A stretch of DNA of 64,000 nt from an uncultured Collinsella sp. (lineage in GTDB: Bacteria; Actinomycetota; Coriobacteriia; Coriobacteriales; Coriobacteriaceae). Where the stretch lies: assembly GCA_902479145.1 (NCBI GenBank), contig CABSNR010000002.1, positions 24,393-88,392 of the forward strand, given 5' to 3'. The notes under the pieces were generated by a model. It searched no databases. It was given only the letters and a program-made list of their open reading frames with translations, and was not told the DNA's origin. This document shows positions 47,788 through 58,056 of the stretch, in pieces. Numbering within the stretch: position 1 is the stretch's first letter; every line of letters starts with the position of its first letter. The position numbers were made by a program, and so were the translations under genes.

Positions 47788-48905
47788 TTCAGTGCCTTCC
47801 TGATATCGAACAGCATGACCTCGATGGCCAGCTGGGGAGTAACGTTTCTGGCGATGTTGCGCTCGGCGGTCGCGACTGCCTCGAGCGCCCGGGTGGCACC
47901 CGCAACATTCGTCGCGGCGGCAAGCCGCCCGATCGTGTCGCGCACGTCTTCGTTCACCACGTCGGCCGCCTCGTCCTGAAGCGTCAGCAGCACGTCGCGC
48001 ATGAGCGTCCGCGCGCTCGCCAGCGCTTCCATGATACCCGAACGCTCGCGCGCGTTGAGTTCGCGCTTGTTACGGTCCTCAAGCTGCTTCAATGCTCCAC
48101 GCGACAGGTAGTCGGCATTTTGCTCGAGCACCTTTTCCTGCGTGGACTTGACCTCGGCGAGCGGTGCCTTAACGGCGACGATGAGCGACTTGGCGCGGCT
48201 GAGCACATCGGCCTCGTCGGCGGCGATGAGCGAGTCGATGGCGCGGAGCATCTGGCGGCGAGCATCCTGGCGCTCGGCGCTCTTAAGGAACTCGATGCCG
48301 CGCGTGGGGCTCCCCGCCACGGCGACCGCCATGCGGCAACGCGCGAGATCCTGACCCGTCGCGCGGCTCACGGCACGCGCGGCCACGGTGGGCGACACCA
48401 GCCGAAACGGCACGCACTGGCAGCGGCTCACAATGGTGGGCAGCATCACGTCTGCCGAGGTGCCCAGCAAGATAAACATAACGCCCTCGGGCGGCTCCTC
48501 GAGTGTCTTGAGCAGTGCGTTGGCAGTGTTGGCGCGCAGCTGCTCGGCACGGTCGATGATGTAGACCTTGGCCTTGGCGCGGATGGGCGCCAGCGGCACG
48601 TCGTCGAGCAGCTCGCGGGTCTGGGCAATGAGGTAGCCCGTGGCGCTCTCGGGCGTGTAATAGTGCACGTCGGGGTGCGTATGGCGCGCGACGCGCACGC
48701 AGCTATCGCATGAGCCGCAGCCATCCTGCTCGCACAGGAAGGCTTGGGCGAGCGCCCACGCGACGTCGAGCTTGCCCGCGCCGGGCGCGCCCAAAAACAG
48801 GTAGGCGTGCGATGCGCGACCGCTGGCGACGGCATTGGTCAAAAAGTCACGCACGCGCTCTTGGGTGTCAAGCTTGGCCAGCAGGCTTGTCTGAGCGGGG
48901 GCCAT
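47778..48905 (-). CDS. holB: DNA polymerase III subunit delta'
   Basis: HAYLFLGAPGAGK, CGSCDSC, HPDV, ANALLKTLEEPP, TIVSRC. Confidence 0.92.
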   Translation of the reverse strand: MAPAQTSLLAKLDTQERVRDFLTNAVASGRASHAYLFLGAPGAGKLDVAWALAQAFLCEQDGCGSCDSCVRVARHTHPDVHYYTPESATGYLIAQTRELLDDVPLAPIRAKAKVYIIDRAEQLRANTANALLKTLEEPPEGVMFILLGTSADVMLPTIVSRCQCVPFRLVSPTVAARAVSRATGQDLARCRMAVAVAGSPTRGIEFLKSAERQDARRQMLRAIDSLIAADEADVLSRAKSLIVAVKAPLAEVKSTQEKVLEQNADYLSRGALKQLEDRNKRELNARERSGIMEALASARTLMRDVLLTLQDEAADVVNEDVRDTIGRLAAATNVAGATRALEAVATAERNIARNVTPQLAIEVMLFDIRKALKCR

Positions 48906-48906
48906 G

Positions 48907-49590
48907 TTACTCGGCCTCCTGGGCAAGCGCGGCGGTGACGGCGTCCTGGGAAATGTCGAGGCCGTAGACGCGAACCTGCTCGACCGTCCGCGCGAAGACG
49001 TCCTCGATGGACGCGGTCGCGTCGATGAGCTTTACGCGGTTTGGTTCCTCGGCGGCGATGGCGCAAAATCCCTGGTAGACACGCTCTTGGAAGGCCATGC
49101 CCTTAGCCTCCATGCGATCTGCCGCGCCACGGGCTGCCATGCGCAGCGCCGCCTGCTCGGGCGTGATGTGATAGACGAGCGTGAGCGCCGGGTGCGTCCC
49201 CGCGACGGCCAGGTTGTTGGCATCGCGCACCATCTGGCGATCGAGGCCATCGGCAAACGCCTGGTAGCAGGTCGTGGAATCGTAGAAACGGTCGCACAGG
49301 ACCACCTTGCCGGCAGCGAGGGCGGGAGCTATGACCTCGTGCACCAGCTGGGCACGCGCTGCCTCGTAGAGCAGCAACTCGCAGGTGTCGCCCATCGCCG
49401 TATTGGCGGGGTCGAGCAGCAGGGCGCGGATCTTTTCGCTGATGGCGGTGCCGCCCGGCTCGCGCAGGCTCACAACCTGGTAGCCAGCGAGCTCGAGCGC
49501 ACGGGCAAGCAGGCGCGCCTGCGTGGACTTGCCGGCACCGTCGACGCCCTCGAGCGTGATAAAGCTATGTTGAGCGGGCTCAAAAGCCAT
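48907..49590 (-). CDS. tmk: thymidylate kinase
   Basis: FITLEGVDGAGKSTQ, REPGGT, LCDRF. Confidence 0.95.
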   Translation of the reverse strand: MAFEPAQHSFITLEGVDGAGKSTQARLLARALELAGYQVVSLREPGGTAISEKIRALLLDPANTAMGDTCELLLYEAARAQLVHEVIAPALAAGKVVLCDRFYDSTTCYQAFADGLDRQMVRDANNLAVAGTHPALTLVYHITPEQAALRMAARGAADRMEAKGMAFQERVYQGFCAIAAEEPNRVKLIDATASIEDVFARTVEQVRVYGLDISQDAVTAALAQEAE

Positions 49591-49829
49591 GAGCGCAGCC
49601 CCTTCCTACAAGGCGCGTAAATGCAGATATATCAACCAAGCCATGATACCCCAGCGTCCGGCGCGTCCCCAATGGCTAATGGTGCCTTTCCAAAGTTGCG
49701 GTGAAATAGGGACTGATTGAAGCTCTGAGACCGCCAAACAGTCCCTATTTCACCGCAACTTATGATGGGGAATTTTGAACGGTGGGTATAATCGTCGTAT
49801 TGCATTGAAATGTGGCGAAAGGAGTGGCA

Positions 49830-50801
49830 ATGTCTCGGTATTGCGCCTCGTGCGGCAAACTTCTTGCAGATGATGCCAAGTTCTGCACCTCGTGCGGTGC
49901 ACCCGTTGAGCAGACAGCTGCGAGCAATGGCCAGCCCGCGTTTGAGCAGACCGGCTCCCTCGATACGCCGCAAGCTAAGCCGGACGACCCCCTCGCCTAT
50001 CGCCCCGACCCCGCTGCCGGTCCCGCGGCGGTCGAAACGACGCAGCGCATACCCGTCGCGGACACCCCGCCCCAACAGCAACCGGCATCTGCGTACGCGT
50101 CTGATTCACCGCAGGCCCCCGCCGCAAAAAAGAGCACTACCAAGGCGCTTGTCGCCGTTATCGTTATGCTGGTGGCAATCATCATCGCCCTGGTCATTTT
50201 CTTTGTGATCAAGCCGTTCGACAACGCTGCCACGCAGACGACTGCCGAGGTTACCAAGCTGCACCATGATGTCGACGCTGATGACCTTAAGCCCCTCGGC
50301 GACCTCAATAGCCTTTACGACGACGATGATGATGACGGCGAAGCAACCCTCTCCGAGCAAAACCTCTACCGTCGCCTGAGCGAATACTACGACCTGCTCG
50401 AAGATCTCGATAGCCAGGTCCGTGCCTGTGCAGAGGCGTTCAATGGCGGTTATCTGGAAGAGGACCGTACCACCCGTCAAAATCTCGCTGATGTCGCCGA
50501 GCGCACGGAAGACACCATCGAACAGTACTACGATATCGTCGAGGACCTGGACGTCCCCATGAGCTCTAAGAACTACAGCTCCTGGAAAGACATCGTCGCC
50601 CTGTATGACGACCTGGACCACCGCATCGACGCGATCTGCGATGCCTGGGAGATCAGCCTAAAGTACGCAAAGCCTGCGGACCATAAGGACGAAATCGTGG
50701 CGCCGCTGGCAGACGACAACGAGCCGGGAACCAACAGCAACAAGTACCGTCAGGACTTTGAGGACCGCTATCCCGGCGCCAAGCCCGTCGAGGTGAACTA
50801 G
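49830..50801 (+). CDS. zinc-ribbon membrane-anchored protein
   Basis: YCASCG...FCTSCG, Pro/Ala linker, one TM helix, acidic helical domain; AAGGAG RBS and upstream TATAAT. Confidence 0.8.
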   Translation: MSRYCASCGKLLADDAKFCTSCGAPVEQTAASNGQPAFEQTGSLDTPQAKPDDPLAYRPDPAAGPAAVETTQRIPVADTPPQQQPASAYASDSPQAPAAKKSTTKALVAVIVMLVAIIIALVIFFVIKPFDNAATQTTAEVTKLHHDVDADDLKPLGDLNSLYDDDDDDGEATLSEQNLYRRLSEYYDLLEDLDSQVRACAEAFNGGYLEEDRTTRQNLADVAERTEDTIEQYYDIVEDLDVPMSSKNYSSWKDIVALYDDLDHRIDAICDAWEISLKYAKPADHKDEIVAPLADDNEPGTNSNKYRQDFEDRYPGAKPVEVN

Positions 50802-50809
50802 TCGCATGC

Positions 50810-50855
50810 GACGTTCTTAAACAGCTAGTCATTAAAGAACGTCCCCAATGACTAC
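50810..50855. repeat. REP-like element (family of 140-197), left arm truncated
   Basis: GACGTTCTTAAACAGCTAGTCATTAAAGAACGTCCCCAATGACTAC. Confidence 0.85.
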
Positions 50856-50923
50856 GCAAAAAACGAGCGAGGATCATGGGACCCTCGCTCGTTTTTGTTT
50901 TAGGCGATGTTTCGACCGTGCGG

Positions 50924-53518
50924 CTACTTGTCGGCAGCGGTCTTTTTGGTGGTCGTCTTTTTCGCGGCAGCCTTCTTGGCGGCAGTGGCTTTCTTAGCCG
51001 TGGTCTTCTTTGCCGCCGTGGTCTTCTTTGCCGCGCTCGCCTTGGTCGCAGTCTTGCGGCCGCGGGCGGGCTTCTTCTCCTTGGTCGGGCAGTCCATGTT
51101 CACGCAGATGCGCCACGGGCCGCGCGCCGTGTTGACCACCACAATGGGGGCGCCGCACTCGGGACAGGTCTCGCCCGTCGCCTCGAGCTTGCCACGCGCC
51201 GGCAGCGGATAGCTCACGCCGCAATCGTCATAGTTGGTGCAGCGGATAAAGCGCTTGCCGCTTTTCTCGCTCTTGTGCGCGATCAGGTCGCCATGGCGTC
51301 CGGCCTCGGCACATACCTTGCACTCGCCCACCTTAAGGTCGGGCTCGTAGTTGGTGGGGCACGTGGGGTTCACGCAAATCTCGAAGGCCTTCTGGCGGAA
51401 CGGCTGGCACTTAATGCGCGGCGCGCCGCACTCGGGGCACACGGCTGCCTCGCCCTCGAGCGGGCTTACCTTGACGCCGCTCGGCACCGGATAGGTCACG
51501 TCGCAGTCGGGCCAGCCCATGCAGCCAATGAAGCTGCCACGGGTCTTGGCGCTCGTCTTCATAACCAGGTCCTTGCCGCACTTGGGGCAAGCGCCCACGC
51601 GCGCATCGGCCGTGACGGCGTCGCTGATGGCGTCGCCCAGCTCCTGCGTGTGCTTGAGCAGCTCGTCGAGCACGCCAGCCAGCAGTGCGCGCGAGTGCGT
51701 CACGACATGCTCTTCGGTGTCCTCGCCGCGCTCCACACGGGTCATATCGCCATCGAGCTCGCTGGTCATATCGGGGCTCGTGATGCGCGGGGCAAACTGC
51801 GTCAGCGCATCGATGATGGCGATGCCCAGCTGGCTCGGCTCCACGGGATCGTTTTTGAGATAGCGCACGGCATACAGGCGCTCGATGATGCTCGCGCGCG
51901 TGGACTTGGTGCCCAGGCCGCGCTTTTCCATCTCCTGCACGAGCTTGCCCTGGCTGTAGCGCGCGGGCGGCTCGGTCTGCTTGGCCTCGAGTTTAATGTC
52001 GAACACATCGACCGTATCGCCCTGCTCCAGCGGCGGCATCTGCTCATCGCGCTTAAGTCCATACGGATACGCCTCGCGGAAGCCCGGAGTCACGAGCACA
52101 TCGCCCGAAGCCACGAACGGCTCACCGTTCACGTCAAGCTCGAGCTTGGTGTTCTCGATGGTCGCAGGACCCATAAGCGTCGCCAGGAAGCGGCGGGCGA
52201 TGAGGTCGTAGAGCTTGCGCTGGCCGCCGTCGAGCGTGGACGGATCGCCCTCGCCCGTGGGGTAGATAGGCGGGTGGTCGGTGGTCTCGACTTTACCGCG
52301 CGTGGGCTTCATGGGGCCAGCGAGTACCTTTTTACACACGGGCGCCAGCGCCGGGTTGATCTTTGCCAGATCGCTCACCACGGCGCCCAGATCGAGCGTC
52401 GCGGGGTACACGGTGTTGTCGACACGCGGGTAGCTGATGAGGCCCGCCATGTAGAGGGACTCGGCGATGCGCATGGTACGCGCGGGCGAGATGCCCTCGG
52501 CTGCGGCGGCAGCCTGCAGCGAGGTGGTCGCAAACGGCGTGGGCGGCTGCTGCTTGCGCGAGCGCTTGGTCACCGCGGCGACGGTTGCCGTCGCGACGCC
52601 GTCGACGTGACCGTACGCCGTCTCAGCAGCATCCTTGTCGGTAAAACGCGCTGTCTTGTGCGCGATCTTAAAGCGATCATCCTCGGCAGCGCCCTGCGCA
52701 GCACCCATGCCGCGAATCTGCCAATAGTCCTCGGGCACAAACGCCATGCGCTCGCGCTCGCGCTCGACCACCAGGGCAAGCGTCGGCGTCTGCACGCGGC
52801 CGGCGGAGCGCACATTGCCAAAGCCGCCAAACTTGGCAAGCGTCAGGTAGCGCGTGAGCACCGCACCCCAAATGAGGTCGATGTGCTGACGGCTCTCGCC
52901 GGCGTCGGCCAGGTTCTGGTCGAGCGAGACAAGGTTATCGAAGGCCTGCGTGATCTCGGCCTTGGTAAACGAAGAATACTGGGCGCGGGCGACCGGCAGG
53001 TCGGGCGCGACCTCGCGCACCTTGTTGAGGGCGTCCGAACCGATCAGCTCGCCCTCGCGATCAAAGTCCGTGGCGATGATGACGCTGTCGGACTTTTTGG
53101 CGAGGTTCTTAAGCGAGCGGATGAGTTCCTTCTCGGCCGGCAGCTTAATGACGGGTGCCCAGGTGAGATACGGCAGACTCTCGAGCTTCCAGCCCTTGAT
53201 GGAGATGCCGTCGGCAAGAAACGGCTTGCGCTTGGTGTCGTAGGGCGGGCGTGCCAGACCATCGGGCATGTCGGCCGGCAGCATCTCGCCGTCCTCGGTA
53301 ACCGAATACCAGCCCAGCTTTTTATCGAACAGCACGCTGTCGCAAAAATCGGGCGCAAGGATGTGACCGGCAAGACCGATCGTCACGCACTCCTCGCCCT
53401 TCCACTCAAAACGGTAGATGGCGGTGTTGTACACCTTGTCCTTTTTGGGTTTGCCCGTGGACAGACGCTCGGCGATCTGACGCGCGGCGTCATTTTTCTC
53501 GGCGATGATGAGCTTCAA
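50924..53518 (-). CDS. topA: type IA DNA topoisomerase with Zn ribbons and Lys/Ala-rich tail
   Basis: IIAEK, ATDFDREGE, SAGRVQTPTL, ISYPR catalytic Tyr, GLGT; TTG start with AGGAG RBS. Confidence 0.9.
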   Translation of the reverse strand: MKLIIAEKNDAARQIAERLSTGKPKKDKVYNTAIYRFEWKGEECVTIGLAGHILAPDFCDSVLFDKKLGWYSVTEDGEMLPADMPDGLARPPYDTKRKPFLADGISIKGWKLESLPYLTWAPVIKLPAEKELIRSLKNLAKKSDSVIIATDFDREGELIGSDALNKVREVAPDLPVARAQYSSFTKAEITQAFDNLVSLDQNLADAGESRQHIDLIWGAVLTRYLTLAKFGGFGNVRSAGRVQTPTLALVVERERERMAFVPEDYWQIRGMGAAQGAAEDDRFKIAHKTARFTDKDAAETAYGHVDGVATATVAAVTKRSRKQQPPTPFATTSLQAAAAAEGISPARTMRIAESLYMAGLISYPRVDNTVYPATLDLGAVVSDLAKINPALAPVCKKVLAGPMKPTRGKVETTDHPPIYPTGEGDPSTLDGGQRKLYDLIARRFLATLMGPATIENTKLELDVNGEPFVASGDVLVTPGFREAYPYGLKRDEQMPPLEQGDTVDVFDIKLEAKQTEPPARYSQGKLVQEMEKRGLGTKSTRASIIERLYAVRYLKNDPVEPSQLGIAIIDALTQFAPRITSPDMTSELDGDMTRVERGEDTEEHVVTHSRALLAGVLDELLKHTQELGDAISDAVTADARVGACPKCGKDLVMKTSAKTRGSFIGCMGWPDCDVTYPVPSGVKVSPLEGEAAVCPECGAPRIKCQPFRQKAFEICVNPTCPTNYEPDLKVGECKVCAEAGRHGDLIAHKSEKSGKRFIRCTNYDDCGVSYPLPARGKLEATGETCPECGAPIVVVNTARGPWRICVNMDCPTKEKKPARGRKTATKASAAKKTTAAKKTTAKKATAAKKAAAKKTTTKKTAADK

Positions 53519-53572
53519 AAGAGGCTCCTATCTCGTGTCTCTGCGGCTACGCCCGCCCGTATGGCGGCCGAT

Positions 53573-54256
53573 TTACGCCCTTGCTTGCTCGATCTGCCCG
53601 ATGAGCCAATCGCACCAGGCATCCATGCCCTCGCCCTTGCGCGCGCTCACGGCAAACCGCGGCGCCTGCGGATTGAGGTCATCGAGTGTCTTAGTATACC
53701 TATCCATGTCAAAATCGAAAGACGGGGCCACGTCTACCTTGTTGAGCAGCTGTGCGCCGGCGTGCTGAAAGATGCCCGGGTACTTGACGGGCTTGTCGTC
53801 GCCCTCGGGCACCGAGAGAATCATGATGGACAGGTTCTCACCCAGGTCAAAGTCGACCGGGCAGACCAGGTTGCCCACGTTTTCGATAAAGATGACGTCG
53901 ATGTTCTCCAGACCGACGGCCTGGTCGAAGGCGTCGACGGCCTCCATGATCATGTTGCCCTCGAGGTGGCACAGGCCGCCCGTGTTGATCTGGATGGCGG
54001 GCATGCCGGCTTCCTTCATGGTGATGGCGTCGACATCCGAGGCAATATCGCCCTCGATGACGGCACAGCGCAGGCCGGCCTTGTCGCGCAGGCGCTCGTT
54101 GGTGCCCAGGATCGTGGTGGTCTTGCCCGAACCGGGGCTCGACAAGACGTTAATCACATAGGTGTTTGTCTCTTTAAATCGTTGACGCAGCTGATCTGCC
54201 AGGCGCTCATTGCGCGACAGAATCGGCGACGCGATATCAATCGTTTTCTCGGCCAT
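53573..54256 (-). CDS. hypB: nickel-incorporation GTPase HypB
   Basis: SSPGSGKTT, VIEGD, NTGGLCHL, ENVGNLVCP, EGDDKP; alternative start at 54265. Confidence 0.93.
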   Translation of the reverse strand: MAEKTIDIASPILSRNERLADQLRQRFKETNTYVINVLSSPGSGKTTTILGTNERLRDKAGLRCAVIEGDIASDVDAITMKEAGMPAIQINTGGLCHLEGNMIMEAVDAFDQAVGLENIDVIFIENVGNLVCPVDFDLGENLSIMILSVPEGDDKPVKYPGIFQHAGAQLLNKVDVAPSFDFDMDRYTKTLDDLNPQAPRFAVSARKGEGMDAWCDWLIGQIEQARA

Positions 54257-54311
54257 ACTCGGCACTCCTTACTTTGGGCCCTTTATACCCCATCACCAGA
54301 TGGCTAGTGGG

Positions 54312-54668
54312 CTAATCGTCGGGGGTTTCGATTTCGATACTTGCGATGTCGAGCTCGCGACCGTGCAGCAGGCGCACGCTGGCGCCGTCGCAGTGAGGGC
54401 AGCGGCAATGGAAGCGATCGTGCTCAAAGACCTCCCCGCAGTCCAGACACTCGCTTTGTGGATGGACTTCCTCCACGGCAAGCTCGCAGCCTCGCGTGAG
54501 CGGGTCCTCGTCGCGAAATGTCTCCCACGCAAAGTCGAGCGCCTCGCGCACAACTTCGGTCATATCCCCGATACGCAGCGTTACCAAAACGGCGCGCGAG
54601 GCCCCCGCCCCACGCGCCGCGCGAATCACTGTATCGAGTATGCCGTTGACAATGCCAACCTCGTGCAT
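54312..54668 (-). CDS. hypA: nickel metallochaperone HypA
   Basis: MHE N-terminus, CLDC/CPHC, GREL. Confidence 0.92.
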   Translation of the reverse strand: MHEVGIVNGILDTVIRAARGAGASRAVLVTLRIGDMTEVVREALDFAWETFRDEDPLTRGCELAVEEVHPQSECLDCGEVFEHDRFHCRCPHCDGASVRLLHGRELDIASIEIETPDD

Positions 54669-54674
54669 ACCGAT

Positions 54675-55469
54675 TTACTCCTCGCTGTCCTCTTCGTCGT
54701 CCGAAAACAGGTCCAGACGGCTCACAAACAAGCCTTCCTTGCCCTCGCGCGCGGTAATGACCACACGGGCGATGGCGAGCGAAATCTCGTAGAGCGAGAG
54801 CAGGGCGCCGTACATGAGGCCCAGCGTAACGGGCGAGCCGTCGGGCGTGATCACAGCCGAGCCCACGAGCAGGCCCACGTACACGTAGCGCCAGGCGCCG
54901 CGGAAGGCCGCGTAGGACACGATGTGGAAGACGGACAGGTAGAAGATGATGAGCGGCAGCTCAAACGCCACGCCAAAGCCGATCATAAAGAGCAGCTCCA
55001 TGTTGACGTAGTTCTCCAGGTCGGGCAGCGCCGTGGCGACGGCCGAGGTCTCGCCGATAAGCCACTCAAAGCCCGCCGGGATGATGATGAAATAGCAGAA
55101 GATGGCGCCCAGGAAGAACAGCACCGTCGAGGCGAGCACCGTGGGCACGACCCATTTGCGCTCGTTGGGACGCAGTGCCGGCAGGAAAAATGCCAGAATC
55201 TGCCAGATGATCATGGGCGTGCACATGACCACGGCCATCTTGATGGCCAGCGAGAAGCGCAGGCCAAAGCCGCCGAGCGTGGTGGTGATGTAGAACTTAC
55301 CGTCCGGCACAAAGGAGCGGATGGGGTCTTCCAGGATGTCGAGCACCACGGGCGTGGCGAAATACAGCACGATGGCGGCGGCAAACACCGACACGACCAC
55401 GATGGTCAGGCGGCGACGGAGCTCGCCCAGGTGATCGAAGAGCGGCATGCGCGCAGGTCCGATAGGCAT
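54675..55469 (-). CDS. tatC: twin-arginine translocase TatC
   Basis: MPLFDHLGELRRRL, FFLPAL, FELP, ITPD. Confidence 0.95.
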   Translation of the reverse strand: MPIGPARMPLFDHLGELRRRLTIVVVSVFAAAIVLYFATPVVLDILEDPIRSFVPDGKFYITTTLGGFGLRFSLAIKMAVVMCTPMIIWQILAFFLPALRPNERKWVVPTVLASTVLFFLGAIFCYFIIIPAGFEWLIGETSAVATALPDLENYVNMELLFMIGFGVAFELPLIIFYLSVFHIVSYAAFRGAWRYVYVGLLVGSAVITPDGSPVTLGLMYGALLSLYEISLAIARVVITAREGKEGLFVSRLDLFSDDEEDSEE

Positions 55470-56068
55470 TACTCATCGCCTCCCTTCGGGGCATCGGCGG
55501 TGGCAGCCTCGGCAACGGCCTCGTCCTCGGCCTCGAGCTCGCGAGCGAGCTGGTCGACGACGGCCTTGCGCTTGCGGGGACGACGGGCGTAGAGGTCAGC
55601 CGTCGTGGGCTCTGCCGGCTCGGGCTCGGACTCCGGCTCTGCAGCAGGCTCGGGCTCGACGACAGGCTCGGCGGCAGCGGAAGGCTCGGCGCCCTCGGCC
55701 TCGGACTCCTCAGCAGCACCCTCGCCCTCGGCGGCAGCCTCGCTCGCGGCCTTCTCGGCGGCAAGGCGGGCACGGCGCTCGGCAAAGGTCTCCTTCTTTG
55801 CGGGCACAGCCGTCTCGACGGCATCCTCGTCCGCATCGGAATCATCATCGACGGCAGCCTTCTTGGGCTTGACCGGTGCCGAAGCGGCCTCACTTACCGG
55901 ATCGATAATCTCAGACTGAACAACGGCCGTCATCTTTTCCTGCGTCTCGCGGAACTGACGGATGGCACGGCCGATCGTGCGGCCCATCTGTGGGAGCTTA
56001 TCCGGGCCAAACAGCAAAAAGCCGAAGACCACGATGATCGCGAGCTCACCCTCTCCAATACCAAACAC
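55469..56068 (-). CDS. tatB: twin-arginine translocase TatA/TatB family subunit
   Basis: GTG start (M)FGIGEGEL...LFGPDKLP...GRAIRQFR, long acidic tail. Confidence 0.8.
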   Translation of the reverse strand: MFGIGEGELAIIVVFGFLLFGPDKLPQMGRTIGRAIRQFRETQEKMTAVVQSEIIDPVSEAASAPVKPKKAAVDDDSDADEDAVETAVPAKKETFAERRARLAAEKAASEAAAEGEGAAEESEAEGAEPSAAAEPVVEPEPAAEPESEPEPAEPTTADLYARRPRKRKAVVDQLARELEAEDEAVAEAATADAPKGGDE

Positions 56069-56221
56069 ACATACCTCCAAGGCTCGATGTGAGTCGAGCC
56101 CGCACCGCGCCATTCGGCCGGAACTCGTCTATTCATTCGGTCAAGTATAGCGCCCGAACGCCAAAACGTCCGAGCGCATCACAAACATATGCCAAACGGC
56201 ACGCCCTTTTGGGGGCAAAGA

Positions 56222-56536
56222 TTATGCAGCGGTGATCGAAATCTCCTGGTCGACACCCAGCAGCTGAACCACGCGCATCACCTGGGGCTGCACATTGACG
56301 CAGCCAAAACGCTTACCGTGATCGGCTGCATGATGAGCGGCGCCCACAAGCACGCCAATGCCCGTCGAGTCGATATAGCTCACCTGGGCAAAGTCGAGCT
56401 CAACGGCCTCGGTGGGCTGCTCGAGTGCCAAGTCGATGGCATTACGCAGGCTATCGGCGTTAGAGATATCAATCTCGCCGGCCACCTTGATGGTGTAGAG
56501 CTCCGGCGTGGGGTTAGTGGAAATACCCAAATCCAT
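56222..56536 (-). CDS. STAS-domain anti-sigma factor antagonist
   Basis: GEIDISNA, VSYIDSTGIGVL. Confidence 0.9.
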   Translation of the reverse strand: MDLGISTNPTPELYTIKVAGEIDISNADSLRNAIDLALEQPTEAVELDFAQVSYIDSTGIGVLVGAAHHAADHGKRFGCVNVQPQVMRVVQLLGVDQEISITAA

Positions 56537-56602
56537 GTATACGCTCCTTTACGTATCGAAAGTGCGGATAGTACTGGGCGCGGACTTGCGGGGTCCTACG
56601 CG

Positions 56603-57907
56603 TTAGGCGCGCTCGGCACGAGCAAGCTCGGCAGCGACCAGCTTCACAGCCAGCACCAGAACATCGAGCGCGGCCTCCAGGTCCTCGACCGTGGGATAGC
56701 TCGGCGCGATGCGGATGTTGGTGTCGCGCGGATCCTTGCCATAAGGCCAGGTAGCACCAGCCGGCGTGAGCTTGACGCCCAGGTCGGCACAAAGCGCGGC
56801 GACCTTCTGGGCCGAGCCCTCGGGACCATCGAAGCTTACAAAGTAGCCGCCGCGGGGGTGCGTCCAGGTAGCACAGCCCGTGTCGCCCAAGCCCTCGGTG
56901 AGCTTGCGCTCAACGGCCTCAAAGCGCGGGCGCAAGAACTCGGCATGCTTTTTCATGTGCTCCTTGACCGCCTCGATGGTGGGAAGGAAGCGCACGTGAC
57001 GCAGCTGGTTGAGCTTGTCGGCGCTGATGAGGCCGGCCTTCAGGCGCTTTGAGAACTCGGCGATGACCGCGGGGCTCGCACCGATAAAGCCGATGCCGGC
57101 GCCCGGGAAGGTGATCTTGGACGTCGAGGCAAAGGCCACCACGCGGTCCTCGGTGCCCGCCGCGCGAGCGAGGTCAAAGATGCTTGCGAGCTCGTCGGTC
57201 TCGTCGTACAGGTCGTGCACACAGTAGGCGTTGTCCCAGAAGATGCGGAAATCGGGCGCGGCCGTGGGCATCTCGACCAGACGGCGCACAGTGTCCTCGC
57301 TAAAGGTGATGCCCGTGGGGTTGGAATACTTGGGCACGCACCAGATACCCTTAATGGAGTCGTCAGCGGCAACGAGGCGCTCGATCTCGTCCATGTCGGG
57401 GCCGTTGTCGGTCATCGCGACGGGGACGTTCTCGATGCCCAAGTCGGCGGTGATGCCAAAGTGGCGATCGTAGCCGGGAACGGGGCACAGGAACTTGACC
57501 TTCTTGCCGTCGTGCGCGGCCTCGTAGGCGTCCCAGGGCTCGCTGCCGCACGAGCCACAGCGCCAGAACATGCCGGCGATATCGTGCTCGATCAAAAGGC
57601 TCGACGAACCCAGCACGAGCGTCTGCTCGGCGGGGCAGCCCAGGAACTCCCCTGCCAACTTGCGTGCCGAAGGAATACCCTCAAAGCAGCCGTAATTGGA
57701 ACAGTCGACGTTGCCGTCGTGCAGATCGGCATCGGCATTGAGGATATCGAGCATGGGTCGAGAGATGTCCACCTGGGAGGGCGACGGCTTGCCGCGGGCC
57801 ATGTCGAGCGCCAGGCCCTTGGCCTTGACCTCGGCGACCTCGGCCTTGAGCGCCTCGATGGCGGCATCGAGTTCGGTGGTTTCCATCTTCTGGTAGATCG
57901 TCTGCAT
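56603..57907 (-). CDS. PLP aminotransferase (actinobacterial aspartate aminotransferase type)
   Basis: LDMARGKP, PVPGYDRHF, YSNPTG, WDNAY, ASTSKIT, IRIAPS. Confidence 0.88.
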   Translation of the reverse strand: MQTIYQKMETTELDAAIEALKAEVAEVKAKGLALDMARGKPSPSQVDISRPMLDILNADADLHDGNVDCSNYGCFEGIPSARKLAGEFLGCPAEQTLVLGSSSLLIEHDIAGMFWRCGSCGSEPWDAYEAAHDGKKVKFLCPVPGYDRHFGITADLGIENVPVAMTDNGPDMDEIERLVAADDSIKGIWCVPKYSNPTGITFSEDTVRRLVEMPTAAPDFRIFWDNAYCVHDLYDETDELASIFDLARAAGTEDRVVAFASTSKITFPGAGIGFIGASPAVIAEFSKRLKAGLISADKLNQLRHVRFLPTIEAVKEHMKKHAEFLRPRFEAVERKLTEGLGDTGCATWTHPRGGYFVSFDGPEGSAQKVAALCADLGVKLTPAGATWPYGKDPRDTNIRIAPSYPTVEDLEAALDVLVLAVKLVAAELARAERA

Positions 57908-58056
57908 GGGTGCGACCTTTCACGAAGCGGTACGTTGCAATTCTTCTAAGTATAGACCGCCACCGTCGCAACGTTATGAAGCCGTGATAGATTAAGTCCA
58001 TCGCAATGAATTACGAACCGCCGCGCACGCCGGCGTGGAGCGCCCAAGGAGGCACT

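Noticed and set aside
50876..54307. 1143-aa plus-strand ORF and other long antisense ORFs (6877-8604, 13642-15330, 16792-18834, 37464-39161, 59097-61229)
   Set aside because: Shadow frames of well-supported genes in high-GC DNA; no recognisable motifs.
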